From a virus, in IMG/VR virus record IMGVR_UViG_3300033182_000157, positions 16,036 through 80,035 of that record: 64,000 bases of DNA. One strand, 5' to 3'. How positions within the stretch are numbered: position 1 is the stretch's first letter; each line of letters begins with the position of its first letter. The notes below the pieces were generated by a model. It worked only from the letters and a program-made list of their open reading frames with translations. It was not told the DNA's origin and did no database searches. Positions 28,301-37,424 of this stretch are shown in pieces. Made by a program: the position numbers and the translations under genes.

Positions 28301-31246
28301 CCAACATCAAACGCTGGTATTGAAGTAGAGCGCGGAACTTTAAACAATGTATTAATTCAATACAACGAAGGTGCTGATGTATGGACGTTTACAAACGACG
28401 GTACAACATACTTTAATATTCCGGTTACAACATCAGATTTAGCAGAAGGAAGTAATTTATATTATACTACTGCTAGATTCCAAACTGATTTAACAAATTC
28501 AGATACTGATGCGTTAGCAGAAGGCGCAAGTAATTTTTATTACACAAGTACACGATTCTTTAATGACTTTACTGCTCAAAACACAGGTAATTTACCAGAA
28601 GGCACTAACTTGTATTACACAGACGCTAGAGCAAGAGCGGCTATTACAGTAACTGGTGATGCTACTTATGATAGTATTACAGGTGCGTTAGACGTAGATG
28701 CTCCAGTAGATAGTGTTAATGGTTATACAGGTGTTGTTGCGTTAACATCAAATGATGTAACTGAAGGCAATATTAACCAGTACTTTACACAAACAAGAGC
28801 AAGAAACTCAGTTCAAGGTAGCACAGGTGTAACATACGATAATCAAACTGGCGATATTAGCATTGGACAAGATGTTGCTACAACAGCAAATGTTACATTT
28901 AATAGTGCTACAATTACAGATACAATTGACGCATCTGGTGTTGTTACAGTTTCAGGTGATAGAAATACATTAAATTACGCTACAGATGGCCAGTTCTTAA
29001 TTACAGGTACAACTAATCCTAACTTTGTAATGTCAATGGGTTACGAAACTAACGCAGACTTTGCTTGGATTAATGTTGCTGAAACTACGCAAGGCGGACG
29101 TAACTTAATATTACAACCTACTGGAACAGACACAACAGGTCGTGTTGCTATTGGTAAAACTACAGCACAAGCATTACTTGACGTTGCTGGCACAGTAAAA
29201 GCAGAAGCAATTGATACACAATCACTCGGTGTTACAAGTCTTGTAGTTGATAGTACAATTGAATTAATTGGTAATAGAATTGGTACACTAAGCTCTAACG
29301 CAGACTTAGAACTAAGACCACAAGGTACTGGTAATGTTTACATTCCAGAAGCATATTTAGGTATTGGTTATGATAATGATTTACAAGGTCAAACACCTAA
29401 TACATTAAGTTATGCTCTTGACGTCGCCGCAGGTACAGATGTAACTGTAGGTAGATTTAAGAACGTTGATTCTACAGCAAACGCAGGTCCGTTTGTTAAT
29501 ATTTACAGAGACTCTCCAAACCCAGCAGACGAAGACTTTATTGGTGGATTACAAATTACTGGTAATGATAACTTAGGTTCAGAAACTGCGTACTGTAAAA
29601 TCCGCGGTCACATTGGCGATTTTACAAGCACAACTAAAGCGTCAAGAACTATATTTGAAAACTATAAAAATAATGCGTATGTTCAACATATATACGGCGA
29701 AGATGAAGTTGTCTTTAACGAAACAGGTGCCGATGTTAACTTCCGTGTAGAAGGTAACGGCGCCGCTGACGCATTATTTGTACAAGGTTCTGATGGTAAC
29801 GTAGGTTTAGGAACACAGAGTCCTGTACAACGTTTAGATATTAATGGTAACATTGGTATCGGTAGTATTGAAATTGTTACTTCAGGAAGAAATATTACAA
29901 ATATTGTAGATTATAGTGCTACAGGTCAGTTACAAATTGGTGGCGCAGCAACACTAGGCGATTTAACATACACTGCTGCTCATTCATTTAATGGTACTGC
30001 TACATTTACTAACTCGACAAACTCTGTAGTAATTAATGGTGCTGAACTAAGGTCGCAAGGTGGTCTTACAGTAAGACTAGACACCGACGTTTCAGGCGGT
30101 GCTAACGAGTATTTTAAAGTAATTGACAATAGTGGCACTGAAAGATTAAGTGTTAAGTCGAGTGATGGAACAGTAAAAATTGCTAATGCGTTTACATTAC
30201 CAGTTGCTGATGGAACATCTAATCAAGTTATAGTGACAGATGGACTTGGTACATCAACTTGGCAAACTATTTCAAGTACTATTATTTCAGAAGGTACTAA
30301 CTTATTCTATACGCAAGGACGTTTTGATACAGCATTTAGTAACAAATCGACTACTAACTTAGGTGAAGGTTTAAACTTATACTATACTGATGCTAGAGTA
30401 CAACAAAAACTAGCAGACGTAAGTGGTTCAGTTATTCCTGATACTAATAACGTTTACGATTTTGGTTCACAGGTAAACAACTTTAGAACAGGTTATTTTG
30501 GATCAGGTATTGGTGTAGGTCTAAACACAGCACTTTCAGCAGAAATACACGTAAGCGGCAGCGGAGACCAAGAAGCAAGAATACAATCTACATCAAATGG
30601 TGAAGCATTATTCTACGGTATAGGTAGTGGTACTGGAAACGGCGGCCGCTTTAAAGGTAATCCAGATACTTACATAGGTGGATCTAACTCAAGTACCATT
30701 TACTTTGAAAGTGGTCTTTCAGAAATTATGCGAATGAACGCAAGTCAATTTATTGTCGGCGGCGGCGCATACGCAGATACAGCAAACCGTGTAATGATTT
30801 CTACTAGTGGCGACATTACATTTGGCACAAACACTACTGCTAACAGAACTGTACAGCAGTTTAACAACGCAAACGGTGAAATTGGTAGTATTACAACATC
30901 AGGTACTGCTACAGCGTTCAATACAACTTCAGATTACAGATTAAAAGAAGTTGTAAGTAATATTGACGATGCGGCAGAGCGTGTTAAAGCATTGAAACCT
31001 ATCAAGTTTAAGTACTTGGCAGACGAAGATGAATTAGTAGTAGATGGTTTCTTAGCACACGAAGTACAAGAAGTAGTACCAAATGCTGTTTACGGTGAAA
31101 AAGATGCCGTAGAAGAAGACGGTCGTGTTAAACCACAACAACTAGATCATAGTAAACTTGTTCCGTTACTAACAAGTGCGTTACAAGAAGCATTAAACAA
31201 GATAGACGAACTCGAAGCTCGCCTATCAAATTTGGAAAACAAATAA
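25316..31246 (+). CDS. Long tail fibre with C-terminal intramolecular chaperone (peptidase S74-like)
   Basis: Thr/Gly/Asn-rich fibre with EGxNLY(Y/F)T repeats. C-terminus TSDYRLKE...GFLAHEVQEVVPNAV...LVPLLTSALQE followed by a coiled coil. Confidence 0.85.
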   Translation: MAYRINRTDGTLITEVIDGTIDSNSIDITLIGKNYAGFGEILNENFVKLLENFASATSPQNPLQGQLWYDKNENRLKIYDGSQFRAGAGPIVSSSTPVGLVAGDIWMDSAEQIMYFYDGVGDADGNPIPASRIYSKTQGKSGFEAETVKDNLLQPVTVTKVYSGGVLLGLYSPRDFTPLAGLLTEFGTSIVTGFNARADLNFTINNATIDKANFLVDGQNIKRDASQFLPTYKDGQINGSLSVADNDGITIGAQGQVRHYLSSELYSISSIYDNQKVVFDVSVNGVRENAITINTPERAVGIFQPTPSYALDVSGNARITGNLIVEGDTTTISTSELSVEDLNITLASGALTPADAQGGGITLAGANATFNYDSTGDAYWTSSENLNVPSSHGYYINKARVLSYDTLESSVVNSSLTNVGTLTDLQITDSAGLYLQNSAIQSTNTISIQPSTGIVIFGSVGGTPYTVQLKNLTDPSSNSDAATKGYVDTLVQNNAGVNTVQGQSGTVRFDSNRLPEGSQGDAVYFNGSNWVPASYTNGLDGVSLDLNRKYYTDERVQAYLSANNYTTTTYVNTIRDNIVGTPAPPSNMNSLAEIAASIDNNPDFKAYVDAEVATRISAGVNVFAGAGLVDAGNTQLTNDITINVGAGNGIIATASEVRVDMSVFDTDDLSEGSVNLYFTALRARQALTGTNGVIYNDITGAIAIGQDVAVTAAPTFAGLISTGNTTLGGTTTQINSTNLRFAGLELLMNSDETAAPVDNVAFTVERGTLSNVSIRWNETTDQWEFSNNGVTFTPLGSASVFTGDTDGVPEGIGNLYFTTARVDAHLNGGTGVTYNTGTISIGQDVGTTATVDFGNVNVLNGLVDTDNLVVATRAEIGSIAIENSLITNKDPLNAAVQIAATGTGLIELLSPTTATDMTITRLTADGVYITNNKITSALSSSNLELDAAGGGIVDVLTSLNVTGNLTVQGTTTTVNSTTVELGDNIIVLNSGEAGLPTSNAGIEVERGTLNNVLIQYNEGADVWTFTNDGTTYFNIPVTTSDLAEGSNLYYTTARFQTDLTNSDTDALAEGASNFYYTSTRFFNDFTAQNTGNLPEGTNLYYTDARARAAITVTGDATYDSITGALDVDAPVDSVNGYTGVVALTSNDVTEGNINQYFTQTRARNSVQGSTGVTYDNQTGDISIGQDVATTANVTFNSATITDTIDASGVVTVSGDRNTLNYATDGQFLITGTTNPNFVMSMGYETNADFAWINVAETTQGGRNLILQPTGTDTTGRVAIGKTTAQALLDVAGTVKAEAIDTQSLGVTSLVVDSTIELIGNRIGTLSSNADLELRPQGTGNVYIPEAYLGIGYDNDLQGQTPNTLSYALDVAAGTDVTVGRFKNVDSTANAGPFVNIYRDSPNPADEDFIGGLQITGNDNLGSETAYCKIRGHIGDFTSTTKASRTIFENYKNNAYVQHIYGEDEVVFNETGADVNFRVEGNGAADALFVQGSDGNVGLGTQSPVQRLDINGNIGIGSIEIVTSGRNITNIVDYSATGQLQIGGAATLGDLTYTAAHSFNGTATFTNSTNSVVINGAELRSQGGLTVRLDTDVSGGANEYFKVIDNSGTERLSVKSSDGTVKIANAFTLPVADGTSNQVIVTDGLGTSTWQTISSTIISEGTNLFYTQGRFDTAFSNKSTTNLGEGLNLYYTDARVQQKLADVSGSVIPDTNNVYDFGSQVNNFRTGYFGSGIGVGLNTALSAEIHVSGSGDQEARIQSTSNGEALFYGIGSGTGNGGRFKGNPDTYIGGSNSSTIYFESGLSEIMRMNASQFIVGGGAYADTANRVMISTSGDITFGTNTTANRTVQQFNNANGEIGSITTSGTATAFNTTSDYRLKEVVSNIDDAAERVKALKPIKFKYLADEDELVVDGFLAHEVQEVVPNAVYGEKDAVEEDGRVKPQQLDHSKLVPLLTSALQEALNKIDELEARLSNLENK

Positions 31247-31249
31247 ATA
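31244..31249 (+). promoter_or_regulatory. T4-late-like promoter box
   Basis: TAAATA built on the stop codon of the long fibre gene, upstream of 31277. Confidence 0.5.
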
Positions 31250-31276
31250 CAATAGAACATATTAGGGGTTCAGGAA

Positions 31277-32776
31277 ATGGCTTATACAATTAACAGTTTT
31301 ACCGGTGTCAATACAGACATCACACTTGAAGACGGTACTATTAACCAAGCAACTGCGTTAAAGTTTATTGGTAAAAACTATGCCGGCTACGGGGAGATAC
31401 AAAATGAGAATTTTTATCACCTATTAGAGAATTTTGCGGGTACTGGAGAACCAGGTAGAAAAACTACTGGTATGATTTGGTACGATTCGTCCACAACTAA
31501 ATTAAGATATTATGATGGACAACGATTCCGCCCAGCAACAGGCGCAGAAGTAAATGGTTCTGAACCAGAAGGACAAGCGGCTGGTGATTTTTGGTTTGAT
31601 AGCCAAAACGATCAAATTTTTGTGTACAACGGAACAGAGTACATTCTAGTTGGTCCACAGTCTAGTTCACAAGGACAAGTAACACAACTTGAAACTGGGA
31701 CAGCAAAAGTTGAAAATGAAAACACACTAAAGCCTATTATTAGAGGCTATGTAAATGGTGAAGTTGTATTTGTTATTTCGGGCGGTACTGACGGTTTTAA
31801 CATTGACTCAGCAGAACCTGAAAACGCTGATCTAGTTGGATTTACTGTCATTAAGCCAGGCCTAACCCTAAAAAATACTCCAGCAGACGGTAAAACAACA
31901 GGTAATCAACGCTTTTGGGGTACAGCAAGTGCCGCTGAAAGTCTAATTGTAAACGGCGCAATTCTTAACGCAGACGAGTTTGTAGAAAAAGCAGATCCAG
32001 AAATGACTGGACAAGCACACATTCGTGTTGACGGCGCATCGGGTGGCATCACAATTGGTACTGCTGACAACTATAAGTTGTACAATCAAGGCAATGATGC
32101 TTATATTGCTAACGAAGGCGGCAGTAACATTGTATTTAGGGCAGATGCTACTGACAGATTTAAAATTAGTTCAGATAAGTTTTTACCTGTAACAAATAAC
32201 ACTTACGATTTAGGTGAATCGTCGACTAAGTTTAGAACAGTTTATGCTACAACATTTAGTGGACTTGCTACAAATGCTTCTCAAATTGAATATGATGGTG
32301 ATGGCAGTGGACTTTATGCAAGGGCAACTATTGCTAATAACACTTTAACTATTCCTGTACGTGATTCAAACGGTACAATATTTGCTACAACATTTGACGG
32401 TGTATCAACAAGCGCACAATACGCTGACTTGGCAGAGAAATACACTACAGATGAAGAATATGATGTTGGTACTGTAATGATGATTAGTATGGAAGAAGGC
32501 AGTGAAGCAACTGCTTGTACTAAAAACGGTATAGCAATGGGCGTTATTTCAGCAGAACCTGCTTACTTAATGAACTCAGAAGCAGACGGCCAGGCAATTG
32601 GTTTGAAAGGTCGAGTTCCTGTAAAAGTAGTTGGTACTGTTAAGAAAGGTCAAGCAGTATACGCATTTAATGGCGGTGTAGCATCAACAGAAATTAGCGG
32701 TTCTTTAGTAGGTATTGCTTTAGAATCTAGTGATGATACTGAAGTGTCATTAGTAGAATGCGTACTTAAAGTATAA
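31277..32776 (+). CDS. Tail fibre/spike protein with C-terminal autocleaving chaperone-like domain (peptidase G2-like)
   Basis: Shared N-terminal GKNYAGYGE..NENF.HLLENFA domain. C-terminal YADLAEKY...GVISAEPAYLMN..IGLKGRVPVKV. Confidence 0.7.
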   Translation: MAYTINSFTGVNTDITLEDGTINQATALKFIGKNYAGYGEIQNENFYHLLENFAGTGEPGRKTTGMIWYDSSTTKLRYYDGQRFRPATGAEVNGSEPEGQAAGDFWFDSQNDQIFVYNGTEYILVGPQSSSQGQVTQLETGTAKVENENTLKPIIRGYVNGEVVFVISGGTDGFNIDSAEPENADLVGFTVIKPGLTLKNTPADGKTTGNQRFWGTASAAESLIVNGAILNADEFVEKADPEMTGQAHIRVDGASGGITIGTADNYKLYNQGNDAYIANEGGSNIVFRADATDRFKISSDKFLPVTNNTYDLGESSTKFRTVYATTFSGLATNASQIEYDGDGSGLYARATIANNTLTIPVRDSNGTIFATTFDGVSTSAQYADLAEKYTTDEEYDVGTVMMISMEEGSEATACTKNGIAMGVISAEPAYLMNSEADGQAIGLKGRVPVKVVGTVKKGQAVYAFNGGVASTEISGSLVGIALESSDDTEVSLVECVLKV

Positions 32777-32788
32777 TAGGTTTTTATA

Positions 32789-33835
32789 ATGGCTCAAATT
32801 AGTGCTCAGAACTTTAATAAACTAAGACAACGTATCTTAAACGTAGTAAATAATTCAGACTACGGTACAAATCCTCAAACGGACCAAGCAGTTGGCGGAT
32901 ACGGTCAAACGTACACAATTAATAGTGCTACAGTAGGCGGGATAATTGGCACTTTAGAGCATAGACAATTATATCAGGCGATAGCAGCAGCAAGATTACA
33001 CCAAACTGGCTCGCTACCTACATTAGTATCACCTATTGATGAAGATGATATTATTGGTCAAACAGAAACAAAACGATTATCAGGACAAAATGTTGTAACG
33101 GATGACTTATTAGCAGGTTACGATGATATGGAGGCTGCGATTGCTGCAGCTGAAGCAGATTTAAGAAATGATGTACACGCCCTAGGATCAAGAGAATTGT
33201 TTGATTTACGTTCTACTACTAGATCTTCAAATTGGGGAAACACGCAAACAAGTACAGAAATTAACTGTGAGTTTCAGGTAGACTTTGGTAGTGCAGCAAA
33301 TGCTAGAAAGTTTTTCAACACTGGCGGCGATATTAGAATTACAGCACAGCATAACATTCAAAATGGCGTAGCGGCAAGTGCTGCCAAAGACACTAGTTGG
33401 CAAGTACTACTAAACAACTTTAGTTATATTTTAAAATCACGTTCGTCAGCAGGTTCAGCACAACAAATCAACCAAGGTTGGGCAGGATTAACAAATTCTT
33501 ACGCTCAAGTTGGTTATTATGCTAACGCTGGTGGCGGAGTTTATGCAGAAAACTATGTTAAAATTTCAGCAAAAGTTGACCAAGCAACTAACACAGCAGG
33601 AAATAGCCGTTATTTGTATATTAAAGTTGAACTAGTTGATGCTGATACAGGTGACGGAGCAAATTTAGGTTATAATCCTCCACTAGGTGTTGACGAATTT
33701 GTATCCGCTGGAACAGTAGTTGTATTATCTGAATACAGAGCAAACGCAGGACAATTATCAACGCCAGCAGGAACTATTAATGGTGTAGCAGTAGCACAGC
33801 CTAATGTAACATTCCTTAACGGCAACGAACTGTAA
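32789..33835 (+). CDS. Putative virion structural protein (paralog of next ORF)
   Basis: Ala/Gly/Thr/Asn-rich, in the structural operon. ISAQNFNKLRQRI and VDFGSAANARKFFNTGGDIRI match motifs in 33847..34866. Confidence 0.55.
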   Translation: MAQISAQNFNKLRQRILNVVNNSDYGTNPQTDQAVGGYGQTYTINSATVGGIIGTLEHRQLYQAIAAARLHQTGSLPTLVSPIDEDDIIGQTETKRLSGQNVVTDDLLAGYDDMEAAIAAAEADLRNDVHALGSRELFDLRSTTRSSNWGNTQTSTEINCEFQVDFGSAANARKFFNTGGDIRITAQHNIQNGVAASAAKDTSWQVLLNNFSYILKSRSSAGSAQQINQGWAGLTNSYAQVGYYANAGGGVYAENYVKISAKVDQATNTAGNSRYLYIKVELVDADTGDGANLGYNPPLGVDEFVSAGTVVVLSEYRANAGQLSTPAGTINGVAVAQPNVTFLNGNEL

Positions 33836-33846
33836 GAGGTAGATAA

Positions 33847-34866
33847 ATGGCGGCAATTGGAGATTCGGTCACAGCAAGTGATTATAATAATATTCGAGCA
33901 AGAATAAATGCTGTCACAGCCGGTTATTATCTTTCTAATTATCCAGGTCTAAATACAGTATCTGAAGGCGATACAATCGATGATGCTCATTTTGATTCTT
34001 TAGAGCAAGCAATTACATATCTATATCTCCACCAAAACGGAACAGATCCTGGCATAACACAAAATGACGCAGGTGATACTATTTTAGCAGGTGACGGCGC
34101 CGGCGGCTCTATTACTAGAGGTATTGAAGATTACAGTGCTGTATTGACTGACGTAGAAGGTGGAACGGCAAATCACGCTGCAAATCAATATTCGCAAACA
34201 GGCACAGCAGGAAAAGCAACAAGCACTACTACCTGGGGCGGAAGTACATCGTGGGACGGTCCTGAAACGTTTGAAAATGACGAAGGTAATATATCTGCTG
34301 GACCGGGCGATTTTAGAGCTGGCTTAAACGAAAATGGTCGAGTTGAAATTACTTGGACTATAAACTTTGGTAATACTACAAATTACAACAGCTTTTTTGC
34401 GTTAGGTTGCAATCTAACATTTAAGGCTAGATTAGGAAATAGTAGCGGAACAGTTTATACAAGTGAACCAACTCAAGCAAAACGTGCTTGGTGGTATAAT
34501 CATTTAAATGTTGCTAATCCTATTAACTATGTAATGGATAAAGCAGCTCTTGACGCGGCTACTACAACTTACGCAAATGTAATTAACAAATCAGACAGTG
34601 ATGACGCAACATATAGTGTTAACAATACCCAGTTAGCAATTAGAAAAAATGCTGCGGGCACAAGTTTTGATTTACGCTTACGTTGTAACGATTGGGATGA
34701 TGCTTCAGTTGAATGGCCAGGCGAACCTGAAGATGAGAACGTAAATGGATCTGTAATATCGTGGGTAGACATGAAACGTATTACTGCTTCTACTAACGCA
34801 TACGTTAATACCGACACTTCACAACCATCTATAACCAACGGTGGTTATACAGTTGTTGATATCTAA
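33847..34866 (+). CDS. Putative virion structural protein (paralog of previous ORF)
   Basis: VTASDYNNIRARI and INFGNTTNYNSFFALGCNLTF motifs; GAGGT RBS upstream. Confidence 0.55.
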   Translation: MAAIGDSVTASDYNNIRARINAVTAGYYLSNYPGLNTVSEGDTIDDAHFDSLEQAITYLYLHQNGTDPGITQNDAGDTILAGDGAGGSITRGIEDYSAVLTDVEGGTANHAANQYSQTGTAGKATSTTTWGGSTSWDGPETFENDEGNISAGPGDFRAGLNENGRVEITWTINFGNTTNYNSFFALGCNLTFKARLGNSSGTVYTSEPTQAKRAWWYNHLNVANPINYVMDKAALDAATTTYANVINKSDSDDATYSVNNTQLAIRKNAAGTSFDLRLRCNDWDDASVEWPGEPEDENVNGSVISWVDMKRITASTNAYVNTDTSQPSITNGGYTVVDI

Positions 34867-34875
34867 AAACCACTC

Positions 34876-34904
34876 TTGACATCTTGTGTGTTTTATAGTA
34901 TTAT
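34876..34904 (+). promoter_or_regulatory. Sigma70-type promoter heading the enzyme island
   Basis: TTGACA (34876-34881), 17-nt spacer, TATTAT (34899-34904) in the 64-bp gap after the structural operon. Confidence 0.75.
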
Positions 34905-34914
34905 ATACTATAAA
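34892..34914. repeat. Perfect 10-bp inverted repeat overlapping the -10 box (operator-like)
   Basis: TTTATAGTAT-tat-ATACTATAAA. Confidence 0.7.
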
Positions 34915-34930
34915 CTAAAGGCGTTTTCTT

Positions 34931-35263
34931 ATGGACCAAAGACTAGAAACTGTATTACAAGATGTTGATCATATCAACACTATTAACAATCAAAAAAGAT
35001 TACTAAAAGAGCAATATGTTGAAGATTGCGTTCTTTACTATAACGGCGGAAAATTTACTGTAACTAAAGAACTACTAGGATTTACAACACAACTAGGAAC
35101 ATCATACATTACAGACGATAATCTAGTACCAGTTGAAATTGATAAAGACGAGTTTAATCGTTTAATATCTAGTGTGTATTGGAACGCAACAAAAAAGTAT
35201 CACGCAGCATATCAAGAACTTATAAAAAACTCTAGAAATATTGAGGAACTACTCAATTTATGA
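34931..35263 (+). CDS. Hypothetical protein (110 aa)
   Basis: First ORF after the sigma70 promoter, coupled (ATGA) to the next gene; no recognisable motif. Confidence 0.6.
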   Translation: MDQRLETVLQDVDHINTINNQKRLLKEQYVEDCVLYYNGGKFTVTKELLGFTTQLGTSYITDDNLVPVEIDKDEFNRLISSVYWNATKKYHAAYQELIKNSRNIEELLNL

Positions 35264-36120
35264 CAGCAGGAGTTTTGTTTTTTGCGTATAACAATGATCT
35301 TGTTGACTATATTAAACAAGCAATTTATAACGCAAAACTAGTTAAAAAGCATTTAAACTTGCCAGTAGCAATAGTTACTGACAGTGTTAATTATCTTGAA
35401 AAAACGTATCCGTGGTATAAGAAATATGTTGATTATGTTATACCTAAAGGAACTGGACAAAATACATTTTCAAAAAAACACTATTATGCCGGTGAACACT
35501 TCTCTACTATGGCAGAATGGAAAAACGTGAACAGATTTGATGCGTATAACCTTTCACCATTTGATACCACCATTGTTTTAGATACTGATTACTTAATTAG
35601 TAACAACAACTTTCTTAAAGTATTAGATCAAGATGATGACTTGTTTATATACAAGGACAGTTATGATATTTCCTTAACAAGGAATATTCCAGGATTTGAA
35701 CGTATTTCAGATGATACCCTTGACTTTTATTGGGCAACAGTTTTAATTTTTAAGAAAACAGAGCGTACAAACCGTCTGTTTAAACTTGTACAATTTATAA
35801 GAGAACATTATCATTATTTTAGAACATTGTATAGAATACCTTTAAAGACTTTTAGAAACGATTTTGCGTTTAGTATTGCTATACATATTCTTAATGGATA
35901 TACTATAACAGACTGGCCTAAGATATTACCAGGTAAGATGTTATATTCTAGTCCAGAAGATGATTTGCTTACAATTAAAGATGAAAAATATACGTTTGTT
36001 GTAGGTAATAAATTTAGACGAGATAAAGTTAATGTAGTAACATTGACAGGCAGTAATATTCACGTTATGAATAAACTTCATTTAAATGAATTAATAGATA
36101 AGGAGTTTGAGCATGAGTAA
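35260..36120 (+). CDS. Glycosyltransferase, GT-A fold (GT8-like)
   Basis: AYNLSPFDTTIVLDTDY (DxD motif), RNDFAFSIA and late H motif (HVMNK). Confidence 0.7.
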   Translation: MTAGVLFFAYNNDLVDYIKQAIYNAKLVKKHLNLPVAIVTDSVNYLEKTYPWYKKYVDYVIPKGTGQNTFSKKHYYAGEHFSTMAEWKNVNRFDAYNLSPFDTTIVLDTDYLISNNNFLKVLDQDDDLFIYKDSYDISLTRNIPGFERISDDTLDFYWATVLIFKKTERTNRLFKLVQFIREHYHYFRTLYRIPLKTFRNDFAFSIAIHILNGYTITDWPKILPGKMLYSSPEDDLLTIKDEKYTFVVGNKFRRDKVNVVTLTGSNIHVMNKLHLNELIDKEFEHE

Positions 36121-36883
36121 AGGTTATGTAATTTTTGCTCAACCTAACGGTAAAAGCGATTATATTGCTCAAGCAGAATTGTTAGCGAAGAGTATACAAA
36201 AGTATAATACTATAAACAATGTAACAATAATATCAGAATTTGACGAAGATGATGCTGCGAACACAGATTGGAAAATAGAAAATCGATGGAAGGCATATAA
36301 TTTATCACCATACGATGAAACAGTAGTGTTAGACGCAGATATGTTGTTTTTTAGAAATGTAGATCATTGGTGGAATAAACTTGCTAACTATGATTTATTT
36401 TTTACTAGTGATGTATTAACATATAGAGGCGAAACTGTTACTAGTAATTACTATAGAAAAACATTTGAAAAGAATAATTTGCCTAATTTGTATTCAGCAT
36501 TTTATTACTTTAAAAAGACTGAAATAACAAAGCAGTATTTTAAATTGTTAGAATCTATTATGAAAAATTGGAAAACGTATTATCAACGTTATCTAAAAAA
36601 TATGTATCAAACTAAACAAAGTTTTGATCTATCATCTGCTTTAGCAGTAAAACTTTTAGGATTAGAAGATAGCGTTACGGATAATACACAAATACCAACA
36701 TTTATACATTTAAAACCACACGCACAAAATTGGAAAGCAGTTTCTGAAAAGTGTACTACAAGAATACCAGTGTATAAATTTAACAATAATTTAATGTTAG
36801 ATAGTTATATGTGTAACGATATTCTACATTATGTAGAAGATGAATTTGTTACACCTGAAATAAAGGAGTTCTTTAATGAATAG
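36113..36883 (+). CDS. Glycosyltransferase, GT-A fold (GT8-like), paralog of previous
   Basis: AYNLSPYDETVVLDADM (DxD). Start moved to ATG 36113 behind AGGAG. Confidence 0.7.
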   Translation: MSKGYVIFAQPNGKSDYIAQAELLAKSIQKYNTINNVTIISEFDEDDAANTDWKIENRWKAYNLSPYDETVVLDADMLFFRNVDHWWNKLANYDLFFTSDVLTYRGETVTSNYYRKTFEKNNLPNLYSAFYYFKKTEITKQYFKLLESIMKNWKTYYQRYLKNMYQTKQSFDLSSALAVKLLGLEDSVTDNTQIPTFIHLKPHAQNWKAVSEKCTTRIPVYKFNNNLMLDSYMCNDILHYVEDEFVTPEIKEFFNE

Positions 36884-37424
36884 TGCTGAAGAACGTAAAA
36901 GAATATTTAGAGAACAGTTACAAAAAACACAACAACAAAAGTTTTATGTAGGTTTTGAGGATTCTGGGTTTATTACAAGCGTTGTATCCAATCCGGAACA
37001 ATTAACTACAAAGGCTTGTGAAATTTCTAAAGAACTAGCAGAAGGATTTTTATCAGGTACGATAAACAAAGACACTTATATTGCTCTTCCTATAGGCGAT
37101 GGTTGGGAAATAGTTAAGAAAGAACAGCAAAAAAATGTTGCTGAAGTTTCTCGTAATTTTTATAGGGTAGAAGAAAAGCAAGATAAAGTACAATTAGTGA
37201 TTAATGTACAGGATAGTACACTTACATTAGAAGTCGATAGTAGTGTAGATAAAAGTACACTAACGTCCTATGGACTATATGTTTGTGATAAAAACTGTTT
37301 TCACATGTTACATCAATCTATTGTATTAGACCCAGAAAGACGAGTATATCCTTTAACAAAAGTAGATGATATTGACATATACGCAGGCGCCCACGCAGTA
37401 GGATTAGGCATAACTTATGTTTGA
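36876..37424 (+). CDS. Hypothetical protein (182 aa)
   Basis: AAGGAG RBS; overlaps both neighbours in the operon. Confidence 0.6.
   Translation: MNSAEERKRIFREQLQKTQQQKFYVGFEDSGFITSVVSNPEQLTTKACEISKELAEGFLSGTINKDTYIALPIGDGWEIVKKEQQKNVAEVSRNFYRVEEKQDKVQLVINVQDSTLTLEVDSSVDKSTLTSYGLYVCDKNCFHMLHQSIVLDPERRVYPLTKVDDIDIYAGAHAVGLGITYV

Noticed and set aside
27300-30400. CRISPR array or DGR-type nucleotide repeats
   Set aside because: The repeats are protein-level, in frame, irregularly spaced and diverged at the DNA level; no reverse transcriptase or cas gene is present.
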